From Escherichia coli (lineage in GTDB: Bacteria > Pseudomonadota > Gammaproteobacteria > Enterobacterales > Enterobacteriaceae): a DNA stretch of 64,000 nucleotides. The stretch lies in the NCBI RefSeq assembly GCF_050920415.1, contig NZ_CP169309.1; one strand, given 5' to 3'. The notes beneath the pieces were generated by a model that did not search any database, was not told the origin of the DNA, and was given only the letters and a program-made list of their open reading frames with translations. Of the stretch, positions 52,722 to 63,341 are shown piece by piece. The first letter of the stretch is position 1; every line of letters begins with the position of its first letter. A program made the position numbers and the translations under genes.

Positions 52722-53744
52722 GTGACCTTCTGGAGTATTTTACGCCAACGCTGCTGGGGGCTGGTGCTCGTGGTGGCGGGCGTCTGCGTGATTACGTTTA
52801 TTATCTCGCACCTGATCCCCGGCGACCCGGCGCGGTTACTGGCGGGTGACCGCGCCAGCGATGCTATCGTGGATAATATTCGCCAGCAACTGGGACTGGA
52901 CCAGCCACTGTACGTACAGTTTTACCGCTACGTCAGCGACCTGTTTCAGGGTGACCTGGGAACATCCATTCGTACCGGGCGTCCGGTGCTGGAAGAGTTG
53001 CGCATATTTTTCCCGGCGACGCTGGAACTGGCATTTTGCGCCCTGCTGCTGGCACTCCTGGTTGGTATCCCGCTGGGCATACTCTCTGCAGTCTGGCGAA
53101 ATCGCTGGCTGGATCATCTGGTGCGAATAATGGCCATTACCGGAATCTCCACGCCTGCGTTCTGGCTTGGGCTGGGCGTCATTGTGCTGTTTTATGGTCA
53201 TCTGCAAATTCTTCCCGGCGGCGGAAGGCTTGATGACTGGCTGGATCCACCAACGCACGTTACCGGCTTTTATCTGCTCGATGCGCTGCTTGAAGGCAAC
53301 GGTGAAGTCTTCTTCAATGCGCTACAACATCTCATCTTACCGGCATTAACGCTGGCGTTCGTTCACCTGGGGATTGTCGCTCGCCAGATCCGCTCAGCTA
53401 TGCTGGAACAATTGAGTGAAGACTACATTCGTACCGCCCGGGCCAGCGGCTTGCCCGGCTGGTATATCGTTTTATGTTATGCGCTACCCAATGCGTTGAT
53501 CCCCTCAATTACCGTATTGGGGCTGGCGCTGGGCGATTTGTTGTATGGCGCAGTGCTCACCGAAACCGTTTTTGCCTGGCCCGGAATGGGTGCATGGGTA
53601 GTAACATCAATACAGGCGCTCGACTTCCCGGCAGTGATGGGCTTTGCCGTCGTGGTTTCATTTGCTTATGTGCTGGTCAACCTGGTGGTGGATTTGCTCT
53701 ATTTGTGGATTGATCCGCGTATCGGACGTGGAGGTGATGAATGA
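52722..53744 (+). CDS. ddpB: ABC transporter permease DdpB
   Basis: 340 aa; GTG start; DppB-type permease. Confidence 0.85.
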   Translation: MTFWSILRQRCWGLVLVVAGVCVITFIISHLIPGDPARLLAGDRASDAIVDNIRQQLGLDQPLYVQFYRYVSDLFQGDLGTSIRTGRPVLEELRIFFPATLELAFCALLLALLVGIPLGILSAVWRNRWLDHLVRIMAITGISTPAFWLGLGVIVLFYGHLQILPGGGRLDDWLDPPTHVTGFYLLDALLEGNGEVFFNALQHLILPALTLAFVHLGIVARQIRSAMLEQLSEDYIRTARASGLPGWYIVLCYALPNALIPSITVLGLALGDLLYGAVLTETVFAWPGMGAWVVTSIQALDFPAVMGFAVVVSFAYVLVNLVVDLLYLWIDPRIGRGGDE

Positions 53745-54637
53745 TGCTAAGCGAGGAAACGTCCGTCGTACGCCCACCAAAACAAACGCGATTTAACGGT
53801 GCAAAACTGGTATGGATGCTGAAAGGCAGTCCGCTCACCGTGACCGGCGCAGTCATCATTGTATTAATGCTACTGATGATGATTTTTTCACCGTGGCTGG
53901 CGACGCATGATCCCAACGCCATTGATTTAACTGCCCGCCTTTTGCCGCCTTCTGCGGCGCACTGGTTTGGCACCGATGAAGTGGGACGCGATCTGTTTAG
54001 CCGCGTACTGGTCGGCAGTCAGCAATCAATTCTCGCCGGATTAGTGGTGGTCGCCATTGCGGGTATGATGGGTTCGCTACTCGGGTGTCTATCCGGTGTG
54101 CTTGGCGGACGCGCAGACGCGATCATCATGCGCATCATGGACATTATGCTGTCGATTCCTTCGCTGGTGCTGACAATGGCGCTGGCTGCCGCACTTGGAC
54201 CGAGCTTGTTTAACGCCATGCTGGCGATTGCTATCGTGCGAATCCCGTTTTATGTGCGCCTGGCGCGGGGGCAAACATTAGTTGTCCGCCAGTACACTTT
54301 CGTTCAGGCGGCGAAAACCTTTGGTGCGTCACGCTGGCATCTGATCAACTGGCATATTTTACGTAACTCCCTGCCGCCGCTGATTGTGCAGGCATCGCTG
54401 GATATTGGTAGCGCGATTTTAATGGCCGCCACGTTGGGATTTATTGGCCTGGGTGCTCAACAACCGAGTGCTGAATGGGGGGCGATGGTGGCGAATGGTC
54501 GCAACTATGTGCTCGATCAATGGTGGTATTGCGCATTTCCGGGGGCAGCGATTTTGCTTACCGCCGTCGGGTTCAATCTCTTTGGTGATGGTATTCGCGA
54601 TCTGCTTGACCCGAAAGCAGGAGGAAAGCAGTCATGA
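53741..54637 (+). CDS. ddpC: ABC transporter permease DdpC
   Basis: 298 aa; DppC-type permease; start overlaps the ddpB stop. Confidence 0.85.
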   Translation: MMLSEETSVVRPPKQTRFNGAKLVWMLKGSPLTVTGAVIIVLMLLMMIFSPWLATHDPNAIDLTARLLPPSAAHWFGTDEVGRDLFSRVLVGSQQSILAGLVVVAIAGMMGSLLGCLSGVLGGRADAIIMRIMDIMLSIPSLVLTMALAAALGPSLFNAMLAIAIVRIPFYVRLARGQTLVVRQYTFVQAAKTFGASRWHLINWHILRNSLPPLIVQASLDIGSAILMAATLGFIGLGAQQPSAEWGAMVANGRNYVLDQWWYCAFPGAAILLTAVGFNLFGDGIRDLLDPKAGGKQS

Positions 54638-55620
54638 CCCAACCCGTTCTGGACATTCAACAGCTGCATTTGAGTTTCTCCGGTTTTAACGGCGACGTTC
54701 ACGCGCTCAACAATGTGTCATTGAAAATCAACCGCGGTGAAATTGTCGGTCTGGTGGGAGAATCCGGCTCGGGTAAATCAGTCACTGCAATGTTGATTAT
54801 GCGTCTGTTACCGACGGGCAGTTATTGCGTACATCGGGGACATATTTCACTGCTGGGAGAAGATGCTCTTAACGCTCGGGAAAAACAGCTTCGTCAGTGG
54901 CGCGGAGCACGAGTGGCGATGATCTTTCAGGAACCGATGACCGCCCTAAATCCGACACGTCGAATAGGTCTTCAGATGATGGACGTGATCCGCCATCATC
55001 AACTAATAAGTCGTCGGGAAGCCAGAGCTAAAGCGATTGCCCTGCTGGAAGAGATGCAAATCCCGGATGCCGTGGAAGTTATGTCGCGCTATCCGTTTGA
55101 GCTTTCAGGTGGTATGCGCCAGCGGGTAATGATTGCGCTGGCATTCTCCTGCGAGCCGCAATTGATTATTGCCGACGAACCGACTACGGCGCTGGACGTC
55201 ACGGTACAGTTGCAGGTACTGCGTCTGCTTAAACATAAAGCCCGCGCCAGTGGAACTGCGGTACTGTTCATCAGCCATGATATGGCCGTGGTGTCGCAAC
55301 TGTGCGATAGCGTTTACGTGATGTATGCCGGAAGCATGATCGAGAGCGGCATGACGGCAGACGTTATCCATCATCCCCGGCATCCGTATACCATTGGTTT
55401 GCTGCAATGCGCACCGGAACATGGAATACCACGCCAGCCATTACCCGCCATTCCAGGGACGGTACCAAACCTCACCCATTTGCCTGACGGCTGCGCTTTT
55501 CGCGATCGTTGCTATGCGGCAGGTACACAGTGTGAAAACGTCCCGGCGCTGACAGCGTGTGGTGACAACAACCACCGCTGCGCCTGTTGGTATCCTCAGC
55601 AGGAGGTCATTAGTGTCTGA
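54634..55620 (+). CDS. ddpD: ABC transporter ATP-binding protein DdpD
   Basis: 328 aa; Walker A GESGSGKS and signature LSGGMRQR. Confidence 0.85.
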   Translation: MTQPVLDIQQLHLSFSGFNGDVHALNNVSLKINRGEIVGLVGESGSGKSVTAMLIMRLLPTGSYCVHRGHISLLGEDALNAREKQLRQWRGARVAMIFQEPMTALNPTRRIGLQMMDVIRHHQLISRREARAKAIALLEEMQIPDAVEVMSRYPFELSGGMRQRVMIALAFSCEPQLIIADEPTTALDVTVQLQVLRLLKHKARASGTAVLFISHDMAVVSQLCDSVYVMYAGSMIESGMTADVIHHPRHPYTIGLLQCAPEHGIPRQPLPAIPGTVPNLTHLPDGCAFRDRCYAAGTQCENVPALTACGDNNHRCACWYPQQEVISV

Positions 55621-56539
55621 CACGTTATTAACGTTACGCGACGTCCATATCAATTTCCCGGCCCGAAAAAACTGGCTTGGTAAAACTACGGAACATGTTC
55701 ATGCCATCAATGGTATTGATTTACAGATCCGTCGTGGTGAAACCTTAGGGATCGTCGGTGAGTCAGGCTGCGGCAAAAGCACCCTCGCACAGCTTTTAAT
55801 GGGTATGCTGCAACCGAGCCACGGGCAGTACATCCGTTCAGGATCACAACGCATTATGCAGATGGTGTTTCAGGACCCGCTCTCTTCGCTTAATCCGCGC
55901 TTACCGGTGTGGCGCATCATCACGGAACCGCTCTGGATTGCTAAGCGTAGTAGTGAACAACAGCGGCGAGCGTTGGCAGAGGAGCTGGCTGTGCAGGTGG
56001 GTATTCGTCCGGAGTATCTCGACCGCTTGCCTCATGCGTTCTCAGGCGGGCAGCGGCAACGTATCGCCATTGCCAGAGCACTCTCTTCGCAGCCTGACGT
56101 GATTGTGCTTGATGAGCCCACCTCGGCGCTGGATATCTCCGTCCAGGCGCAGATCCTCAATTTACTGGTAACGCTACAGGAAAATCGCGAGCTGACTTAT
56201 GTGCTGATTTCACACAATGTCTCGGTGATTCGTCATATGAGCGATCGGGTAGCGGTGATGTATCTCGGGCAGATTGTAGAACTGGGCGACGCGCAGCAGG
56301 TGCTCTCTACTCCGGCACATCCATACACCCGATTATTGCTGGATTCCCTGCCCGCCATTGATAAACCGCTGGAGGAAGAATGGGCATTGCGTAAAACGGA
56401 ACTACCAGGAAACCGCACGTTGCCACAAGGCTGTTTTTTCCGTGAACGTTGCCCTCTGGCAACCCACGGATGTGAAGTCCGGCAATCATTAACAATAAGG
56501 GAGGACGGACGTGAGATCCGGTGCTGTCGGGCGCTGTAG
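55613..56539 (+). CDS. ddpF: ABC transporter ATP-binding protein DdpF
   Basis: 308 aa from the GTG at 55613 (VSDTLLTLRDV...); Walker A GESGCGKST and signature FSGGQRQR. Confidence 0.8.
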   Translation: MSDTLLTLRDVHINFPARKNWLGKTTEHVHAINGIDLQIRRGETLGIVGESGCGKSTLAQLLMGMLQPSHGQYIRSGSQRIMQMVFQDPLSSLNPRLPVWRIITEPLWIAKRSSEQQRRALAEELAVQVGIRPEYLDRLPHAFSGGQRQRIAIARALSSQPDVIVLDEPTSALDISVQAQILNLLVTLQENRELTYVLISHNVSVIRHMSDRVAVMYLGQIVELGDAQQVLSTPAHPYTRLLLDSLPAIDKPLEEEWALRKTELPGNRTLPQGCFFRERCPLATHGCEVRQSLTIREDGREIRCCRAL

Positions 56540-56594
56540 AGACGCTAACAACGCATCAGGCAATCACGCGCCTGACGCGTCATCCGGCAACGCT

Positions 56595-57026
56595 TTACGA
56601 TTTCAACTGGTAATCCAGCGTAATTTCCGCTTTCAGTACCTGAGAAACCGGGCATCCTGCTTTTGCTTTCTGGATAATGCCGTCAAAGGTAGAGGCATCA
56701 ATACCCGGCACGGCAACTTCGCTCTTCAGGGCGATTTTAGTAATCGCAAACCCGGCATCCACTTTATCCAGCGACACATCGGCGGTGGTATCAATCGATG
56801 TTGGCGTGAATCCCGCTTCCCCCAGCATTAATGAAAGCGCCATTGAGAAACATGCTGCATGCGCCGCGCCAATCAGTTCTTCAGGGTTAGTTCCTTTTTC
56901 GCCTTCAAAACGCGTATTAAATCCATACGGCTGTTGGTTCAGCACGCCGCTCTCGGTGGATACGGTTCCCTTCCCGCGTTTGATATCGCCTTCCCAGTGT
57001 GCCTGACCTTTCTTATGGATTGTCAT
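56595..57026 (-). CDS. osmC: Osmotically inducible peroxiredoxin OsmC
   Basis: 143 aa; OsmC/Ohr family with both conserved cysteines. Confidence 0.95.
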   Translation of the reverse strand: MTIHKKGQAHWEGDIKRGKGTVSTESGVLNQQPYGFNTRFEGEKGTNPEELIGAAHAACFSMALSLMLGEAGFTPTSIDTTADVSLDKVDAGFAITKIALKSEVAVPGIDASTFDGIIQKAKAGCPVSQVLKAEITLDYQLKS

Positions 57027-57369
57027 TGTTGCTCTCCTGTGGGCTTAAAAAGGAAATTATAGACTACGTGAGAAACAGCATGAGGATAAGCGGGATATTC
57101 CGAATAGAATCCGGCGAAAATATTATCTATGTACTTAAATAAAATTCCCACAATAGATAACCGGGAATATATAACTCAAGAGATATTGCATCAATATCAA
57201 TCAACTCACACCAATAATATTCCCATTAATATCATGGAGTTAAAATATAAAATTCATCAACCAGGACTAATCTTAACAACGAAGCGGCAAATATTTGCCA
57301 TGCTGAATGTGCTTTATAAATCTGCGATCCGTAGCAGACACCATAAATACACAGACACGGAGAATCACT

Positions 57370-57585
57370 ATGTTTACTTATTATCAGGCAGAAAATTCAA
57401 CAGCAGAACCCGCTCTGGTTAATGCCATTGAGCAAGGCCTTCGGGCAGAGCACGGTGTTGTCACTGAAGATGACATTCTCATGGAGCTGACCAAATGGGT
57501 GGAAGCTTCTGATAACGACATCCTCAGTGATATCTACCAGCAAACGATCAATTATGTGGTCAGTGGCCAGCACCCTACGCTTTAA
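57370..57585 (+). CDS. bdm: Biofilm-dependent modulation protein Bdm
   Basis: 71 aa from the internal ATG (MFTYYQAENSTAEPALVNAIEQGL...); immediately upstream of sra. Confidence 0.85.
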   Translation: MFTYYQAENSTAEPALVNAIEQGLRAEHGVVTEDDILMELTKWVEASDNDILSDIYQQTINYVVSGQHPTL

Positions 57586-57686
57586 GGTGCTATGCTTGAT
57601 CGGCAACCTAATTTAGGGGTTTAGCACGTGTTTCTTCGCTACGGCGATGTTGTCCTTAAAACTAGCAACAGGATTGAGGAGTTAAA

Positions 57687-57824
57687 ATGAAATCGAACCG
57701 TCAGGCACGTCATATTCTTGGACTGGACCATAAAATTTCTAACCAGCGCAAAATAGTTACCGAAGGTGATAAATCCAGCGTGGTAAATAACCCAACCGGC
57801 AGAAAACGTCCCGCTGAAAAGTAA
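57687..57824 (+). CDS. sra: Stationary-phase ribosome-associated protein Sra (30S protein S22)
   Basis: 45-aa ORF not on the ORF track, read directly: [45 protein letters not shown], with GAGGAG Shine-Dalgarno. Confidence 0.85.
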
Positions 57825-57980
57825 TCTTTAACAATCAGTCCTCAATGACGATTAAACACCATTGCCTGCGCAATGGTGTTTTTGTTTTTAACTGCTTTAT
57901 ACTTGGAGCCGATGCCCTGGCGGTAAAGCAAAGACGATAAAAGCACCCCAGGGATGGATATTCAAAAAAGAGTGAGTGAC

Positions 57981-59678
57981 ATGGAACCAAAAACAAAAAA
58001 ACAGCGTTCGCTTTATATTCCTTACGCTGGCCCTGTACTGCTGGAATTTCCGTTGTTGAATAAAGGCAGCGCCTTCAGCATGGAAGAACGCCGTAACTTC
58101 AACCTGCTGGGGTTACTGCCGGAAGTGGTCGAAACCATCGAAGAACAAGCGGAACGCGCATGGATCCAGTATCAGGGATTCAAAACCGAAATCGACAAGC
58201 ACATCTACCTGCGTAACATCCAGGACACTAACGAAACCCTCTTCTACCGTCTGGTAAACAATCATCTTGATGAGATGATGCCTGTTATTTATACCCCAAC
58301 CGTCGGCGCAGCCTGTGAGCGTTTTTCTGAGATCTACCGTCGTTCCCGCGGCGTGTTTATCTCATACCAGAACCGCCACAATATGGACGATATTCTGCAA
58401 AACGTACCGAACCACAATATCAAAGTGATTGTGGTGACGGACGGCGAACGTATTCTGGGGCTTGGTGACCAGGGCATCGGTGGGATGGGTATTCCGATCG
58501 GTAAACTGTCGCTCTATACCGCCTGCGGTGGCATCAGCCCGGCGTATACACTGCCGGTGGTGCTGGATGTCGGGACGAACAACCAGCAGTTGCTTAACGA
58601 TCCGCTGTATATGGGCTGGCGTAATCCACGTATCACTGACGACGAATACTATGAATTCGTGGATGAATTTATCCAGGCTGTGAAACAACGCTGGCCGGAC
58701 GTGCTGTTGCAGTTTGAAGACTTCGCACAAAAAAATGCGATGCCGTTACTTAACCGCTATCGCAATGAAATTTGTTCTTTTAACGATGATATTCAGGGCA
58801 CCGCGGCGGTAACAGTCGGCACACTGATCGCAGCCAGCCGTGCGGCGGGCGGTCAGTTAAGCGAGAAAAAAATCGTCTTCCTCGGCGCAGGTTCAGCAGG
58901 ATGCGGCATTGCGGAGATGATCATCGCCCAGACCCAGCGTGAAGGATTAAGCGAAGAAGCGGCGCGGCAGAAAGTCTTTATGGTCGATCGCTTTGGTCTG
59001 CTGACCGACAAGATGCCGAACCTGCTGCCTTTCCAGACCAAACTGGTGCAGAAGCGCGAAAATCTCAGTGACTGGGATACTGACAGCGATGTGCTGTCAT
59101 TGCTTGATGTGGTGCGCAATGTCAAACCGGATATTCTGATTGGCGTCTCAGGACAGACCGGGCTGTTTACGGAAGAGATCATCCGTGAGATGCACAAACA
59201 CTGTCCGCGTCCGATCGTGATGCCGCTGTCTAACCCGACTTCACGTGTGGAAGCCACACCGCAGGACATTATCGCCTGGACCGAAGGTAACGCGCTGGTC
59301 GCCACCGGCAGTCCGTTTAATCCGGTGGTATGGAAAGATAAAATCTACCCTATCGCGCAATGCAACAACGCTTTTATCTTCCCGGGCATTGGGCTGGGCG
59401 TTATTGCTTCCGGCGCGTCACGTATCACCGATGAGATGCTGATGTCGGCAAGCGAAACGCTTGCTCAGTATTCGCCGCTGGTACTGAACGGCGAAGGTCT
59501 GGTACTGCCGGAACTGAAAGATATTCAGAAAGTGTCCCGCGCAATTGCGTTTGCGGTTGGCAAAATGGCGCAGCAGCAAGGCGTGGCGGTGAAAACGTCT
59601 GCCGAAGCTCTGCAACAGGCCATTGATGATAACTTCTGGCAAGCCGAATACCGCGACTACCGCCGTACATCCATCTAA
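57981..59678 (+). CDS. maeA: NAD-dependent malic enzyme
   Basis: 565 aa from the internal ATG ([18 protein letters not shown]...); malic-enzyme motifs and Rossmann GAGSAG. Confidence 0.95.
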   Translation: MEPKTKKQRSLYIPYAGPVLLEFPLLNKGSAFSMEERRNFNLLGLLPEVVETIEEQAERAWIQYQGFKTEIDKHIYLRNIQDTNETLFYRLVNNHLDEMMPVIYTPTVGAACERFSEIYRRSRGVFISYQNRHNMDDILQNVPNHNIKVIVVTDGERILGLGDQGIGGMGIPIGKLSLYTACGGISPAYTLPVVLDVGTNNQQLLNDPLYMGWRNPRITDDEYYEFVDEFIQAVKQRWPDVLLQFEDFAQKNAMPLLNRYRNEICSFNDDIQGTAAVTVGTLIAASRAAGGQLSEKKIVFLGAGSAGCGIAEMIIAQTQREGLSEEAARQKVFMVDRFGLLTDKMPNLLPFQTKLVQKRENLSDWDTDSDVLSLLDVVRNVKPDILIGVSGQTGLFTEEIIREMHKHCPRPIVMPLSNPTSRVEATPQDIIAWTEGNALVATGSPFNPVVWKDKIYPIAQCNNAFIFPGIGLGVIASGASRITDEMLMSASETLAQYSPLVLNGEGLVLPELKDIQKVSRAIAFAVGKMAQQQGVAVKTSAEALQQAIDDNFWQAEYRDYRRTSI

Positions 59679-59685
59679 GCCTGCG

Positions 59686-59714
59686 CCCGGTAGTGACTGC
59701 TACCGGGCAATTTT
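59686..59714 (+). terminator. Intrinsic terminator after maeA
   Basis: Hairpin cccggtag...ctaccggg followed by a T-rich tract. Confidence 0.5.
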
Positions 59715-59812
59715 CCTCTTCCTTTTTCAGATCTCATCCATACTGGGTAGTGGCGAATAAATCTCATTTGCCTCACCTGCTATGCAGAACATCATCCGAA
59801 AAGGAGGAAACT

Positions 59813-60823
59813 ATGAAGGCTGCAGTTGTTACGAAGGATCATCATGTTGACGTTACGGATAAAACACTGCGCTCACTGAAACATGGCGAAGCCCTGCTGA
59901 AAATGGAGTGTTGTGGCGTATGTCATACCGATCTTCATGTTAAGAATGGCGATTTTGGTGATAAAACCGGCGTGATTCTGGGCCATGAAGGCATCGGTGT
60001 GGTGGCAGAAGTTGGCCCCGGCGTTACCTCATTAAAACCAGGCGATCGCGCCAGCGTGGCGTGGTTTTACGAAGGATGCGGTCATTGCGAATACTGTAAC
60101 AGCGGTAACGAAACGCTCTGCCGTTCAGTAAAAAATGCCGGATACAGCGTTGATGGCGGCATGGCGGAAGAGTGCATCGTGGTCGCCGATTACGCGGTTA
60201 AAGTGCCGGATGGCCTGGACTCGGCGGCGGCCAGCAGCATCACCTGTGCGGGCGTCACCACCTACAAAGCAGTAAAACTATCAAAAATTCGTCCAGGACA
60301 GTGGATTGCTATCTACGGTCTTGGCGGTCTGGGCAACCTCGCCCTGCAATACGCGAAAAATGTCTTTAATGCAAAAGTGATCGCCATTGATGTCAATGAT
60401 GAGCAGTTGAAACTGGCAACCGAAATGGGTGCAGATTTAGCGATTAACTCACGCACCGAAGACGCCGCCAAAATTGTGCAGGAAAAAACCGGTGGCGCTC
60501 ACGCTGCGGTGGTGACAGCGGTAGCTAAAGCTGCGTTTAACTCAGCGGTCGATGCCGTTCGTGCAGGCGGGCGTGTTGTAGCAGTCGGTCTGCCGCCGGA
60601 GTCTATGAGCCTGGATATCCCACGCCTTGTGCTGGATGGCATTGAAGTGGTCGGTTCGCTGGTCGGCACGCGCCAGGATCTAACCGAAGCCTTCCAGTTT
60701 GCCGCCGAAGGCAAAGTGGTGCCGAAAGTCGCCCTGCGTCCGTTAGCGGACATCAACACCATCTTTACTGAGATGGAAGAAGGCAAAATCCGTGGCCGTA
60801 TGGTGATTGATTTCCGTCGCTAA
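59813..60823 (+). CDS. adhP: Zinc-dependent alcohol dehydrogenase AdhP
   Basis: 336 aa from the internal ATG with AAGGAGGA Shine-Dalgarno; zinc-ligand motif GHEGIG and Rossmann GLGGLG. Confidence 0.95.
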   Translation: MKAAVVTKDHHVDVTDKTLRSLKHGEALLKMECCGVCHTDLHVKNGDFGDKTGVILGHEGIGVVAEVGPGVTSLKPGDRASVAWFYEGCGHCEYCNSGNETLCRSVKNAGYSVDGGMAEECIVVADYAVKVPDGLDSAAASSITCAGVTTYKAVKLSKIRPGQWIAIYGLGGLGNLALQYAKNVFNAKVIAIDVNDEQLKLATEMGADLAINSRTEDAAKIVQEKTGGAHAAVVTAVAKAAFNSAVDAVRAGGRVVAVGLPPESMSLDIPRLVLDGIEVVGSLVGTRQDLTEAFQFAAEGKVVPKVALRPLADINTIFTEMEEGKIRGRMVIDFRR

Positions 60824-60832
60824 GAGGCCCTT

Positions 60833-60867
60833 GCTGCGACTGCCATGTTTGAGTCGCAGCCTGTTTT
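60833..60867 (+). terminator. Intrinsic terminator after adhP
   Basis: Hairpin gctgcgact...agtcgcagc followed by a T-tract. Confidence 0.6.
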
Positions 60868-61008
60868 GCGAGACGCTTTCCGCAATTTCACTCTTCTTCT
60901 TTTCCTCCCCCATCTTTCCCCTCACAATTCGCGAAAACGTAGCGAAATTTGTTGCGCTGCACGGAACAATAGTGATAGTGTTCCTTTCGAGGGAACAAGG
61001 ATGAAGAG

Positions 61009-61287
61009 ATGATAATGAATTTCAGACACAAGGGATTGCGTGACTTGTTTCTTCTCGGCAAAACCTCCGGCGTTATACCGACGCAAATCAAACGATTACG
61101 CCACCGACTCGCTGTGATTGATGCAGCAAGCTGTCTTGCTGATATCGATATGCCCGGTTACCGACTACACCCGTTAAGCGGCGATCGTGATGGAATTTGG
61201 GCGATATCTGTCTCGGGCAACTGGCGAATCACATTTGAATTCGTCAATGGCGATGCATACATACTGGATTACGAGGACTATCACTGA
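61009..61287 (+). CDS. HigB-like (RelE/ParE superfamily) toxin, intact
   Basis: 92 aa with the family hallmark ([10 protein letters not shown]..., [29 protein letters not shown]..., DYEDYH); stop overlaps the yddM start in ATGA. Confidence 0.7.
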
Positions 61288-61571
61288 TGAAAATGGCCAA
61301 TCATCCCCGCCCGGGGGACATTATTCAGGAATCACTGGACGAGCTGAACGTCAGCCTGCGCGAGTTTGCCAGAGCAATGGAAATTGCGCCCTCAACGGCA
61401 AGCCGATTGCTGACCGGAAAAGCCGCGTTGACGCCAGAAATGGCGATTAAACTTTCCGTGGTGATCGGCAGTTCGCCGCAAATGTGGCTGAATCTACAAA
61501 ACGCCTGGAGTCTGGCAGAGGCAGAAAAAACGGTAGATGTGTCGCGATTACGCCGTCTGGTTACGCAATAA
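61287..61571 (+). CDS. yddM: HigA-like HTH antitoxin YddM
   Basis: 94 aa; Xre-type HTH ([33 protein letters not shown]); translationally coupled to the toxin gene. Confidence 0.8.
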
Positions 61572-61622
61572 AAAAATGGCACCTTATAAAGCGCCATTTG
61601 AAACTGATGGCAAACGCAAAAT

Positions 61623-61720
61623 TGCCTGATGCGCTACGCTTATCTGACCTACACGTTCACTGCAATCTATTGGATTTGAACGGTTTGTAGGCCGGATAAG
61701 GCGTTCACGCCGCATCCGGC
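61623..61720. repeat. REP (repetitive extragenic palindromic) elements between yddM and fdnI
   Basis: REP-type imperfect palindromes: tgcctgatgcgctacgcttatctgacctaca and gtaggccggataaggcgttcacgccgcatccggc. Confidence 0.6.
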
Positions 61721-61745
61721 ATGAACAAAGTGTACGTTGTCTACA

Positions 61746-61779
61746 ATAAAAAATGGCGCTTTTTACAGCGCCATTTTCA
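61746..61779 (-). terminator. Intrinsic terminator of the fdnGHI operon (bidirectional-looking)
   Basis: Perfect 9-bp stem (aatggcgct / agcgccatt) flanked by an A-tract and a T-tract, immediately 3' of fdnI. Confidence 0.55.
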
Positions 61780-61798
61780 GCTTAAAGTTCAAAAGAGA

Positions 61799-62452
61799 TT
61801 ATATCCCTTCTTCACTCTCTTTTTTCGCTTCTGCCTTTTCGATTTCACGATACCAGCGTGGATGGTGTTTCTTCGCCCAACGACGGCTCACCTTCCCTTC
61901 GATCATCCCTTTAATCGACCCTTTCACCCAGAATGCCATATACATATGAATCAGGATGGCGTGGATCAGGATGATACCCGCAGCCGCGTGAATCAACAGG
62001 CTATAACGGACAACCTGCATCGGGAAGTACTGCGCAAAGTACGGACGCCAGATAATCACCCCGGTTACCAGCAGCACGAAAATCATGCTCATGATCGACC
62101 AGAACATCATCTTTTGCCCGGCGTTGTACTTACCAACATCCGCCACTTTGTGTTCATTGCCTTTTAATACTTCGACAATGTTCAACAGCCACGGAATATC
62201 TTTCTTATCCGGGATGTTGTGATGCACAAAACGCACAAACATAAACATCAGCGCGACGAAAATCGCAATGCCGAAGAACGGGTGCAAAATGCGTCCCATC
62301 TGCGGCGTACCGAAGGTTTGTGTCAGCCATTGCAGCGTCGGGAAGAAGAACGAAATCCCGGACAGCGCTACCAGGAAGAAGCAAATCACCACGGTCCAGT
62401 GACAGGCGCGATCAATAAACTTGGTGCGCACAATCATTTTCGACTTACTCAT
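61799..62452 (-). CDS. fdnI: Formate dehydrogenase-N gamma subunit (cytochrome b556)
   Basis: 217 aa from the internal ATG ([19 protein letters not shown]...); four transmembrane helices with haem-ligand histidines. Confidence 0.9.
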
Positions 62453-63329
62453 GATGATCCTCCTCGTCATCGTCCACTTCCTTATTCGGGCCAATACCGA
62501 TGTAGTGGAAAATTAACCCGGCAAAAGTGGCGATAAAGCCAGCCGCTGCCAGCGGTTTCAACGCGCCTTTCCACAGATTTACCGATGTATCGATCTTCGG
62601 ATCTTTCGGCAGACCGTGATACAGCTCCGGCTGATCGGCGTGATGCAGCACGTACATGACGTGCGTACCACCGACCCCTTCCGGATTGTAGACACCAGCA
62701 TGTTCGTAACCACGCGCTTTCAGTTTCGCCACGCGCTGTTCCGCCAGCTCCAGCATCTCCTTCTTGGTGCCGAAGTGGATAGCCCCGGTCGGACAAGTTT
62801 TCACACAAGCCGGTTCCTGACCAACGCTGACGCGATCGACGCAGAGTGTGCATTTATATACACGGTTATCCTCTTTGTTGAGGCGTGGAATATTAAACGG
62901 ACACCCGGCAATGCAGTAACCACAGCCGATGCAGTTTTCCGACTGGAAATCGACAATCCCGTTAGCGTACTGAATGATCGCACCAGCAGACGGGCACGCC
63001 TTCAGGCAGCCCGGATCTTCACAGTGCATACAACCGTCTTTACGGATCAGCCACTCCAGCTTGCCGTTCTGTTCGGTTTCGCTAAAGCGCATCACCGTCC
63101 AGGACTTGGCGCTCAGATCGGCGGGGTTATCATAAACCCCGACGCAGTGCCCCACTTCATCACGGATATCGTTCCACTCCGAACACGCCACCTGACAGGC
63201 TTTACAGCCGATACAGGTGGAAACGTCGATAAGTTTCGCGACTTCTGCTTTGTAATCACGCACCTGAGAAGGCGGCGTGATGGAGTTAGTTGCGGACCTT
63301 TTGATAATGTCCTGCGTTTCCATAGCCAT
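62445..63329 (-). CDS. fdnH: Formate dehydrogenase-N iron-sulfur subunit
   Basis: 294 aa; four ferredoxin-type Cys clusters; C-terminal transmembrane anchor. Confidence 0.95.
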   Translation of the reverse strand: MAMETQDIIKRSATNSITPPSQVRDYKAEVAKLIDVSTCIGCKACQVACSEWNDIRDEVGHCVGVYDNPADLSAKSWTVMRFSETEQNGKLEWLIRKDGCMHCEDPGCLKACPSAGAIIQYANGIVDFQSENCIGCGYCIAGCPFNIPRLNKEDNRVYKCTLCVDRVSVGQEPACVKTCPTGAIHFGTKKEMLELAEQRVAKLKARGYEHAGVYNPEGVGGTHVMYVLHHADQPELYHGLPKDPKIDTSVNLWKGALKPLAAAGFIATFAGLIFHYIGIGPNKEVDDDEEDHHE

Positions 63330-63341
63330 CTGTTCGCCCCC

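Noticed and set aside
57129-57422. 97-aa ORF overlapping the bdm start
   Set aside because: AT-rich promoter-region ORF in a different frame from bdm, with no Shine-Dalgarno; likely spurious.
61575-61605. Possible terminator hairpin directly after yddM
   Set aside because: Imperfect stem with a weak T-tract; the better-formed hairpin at 61752-61775 was reported instead.
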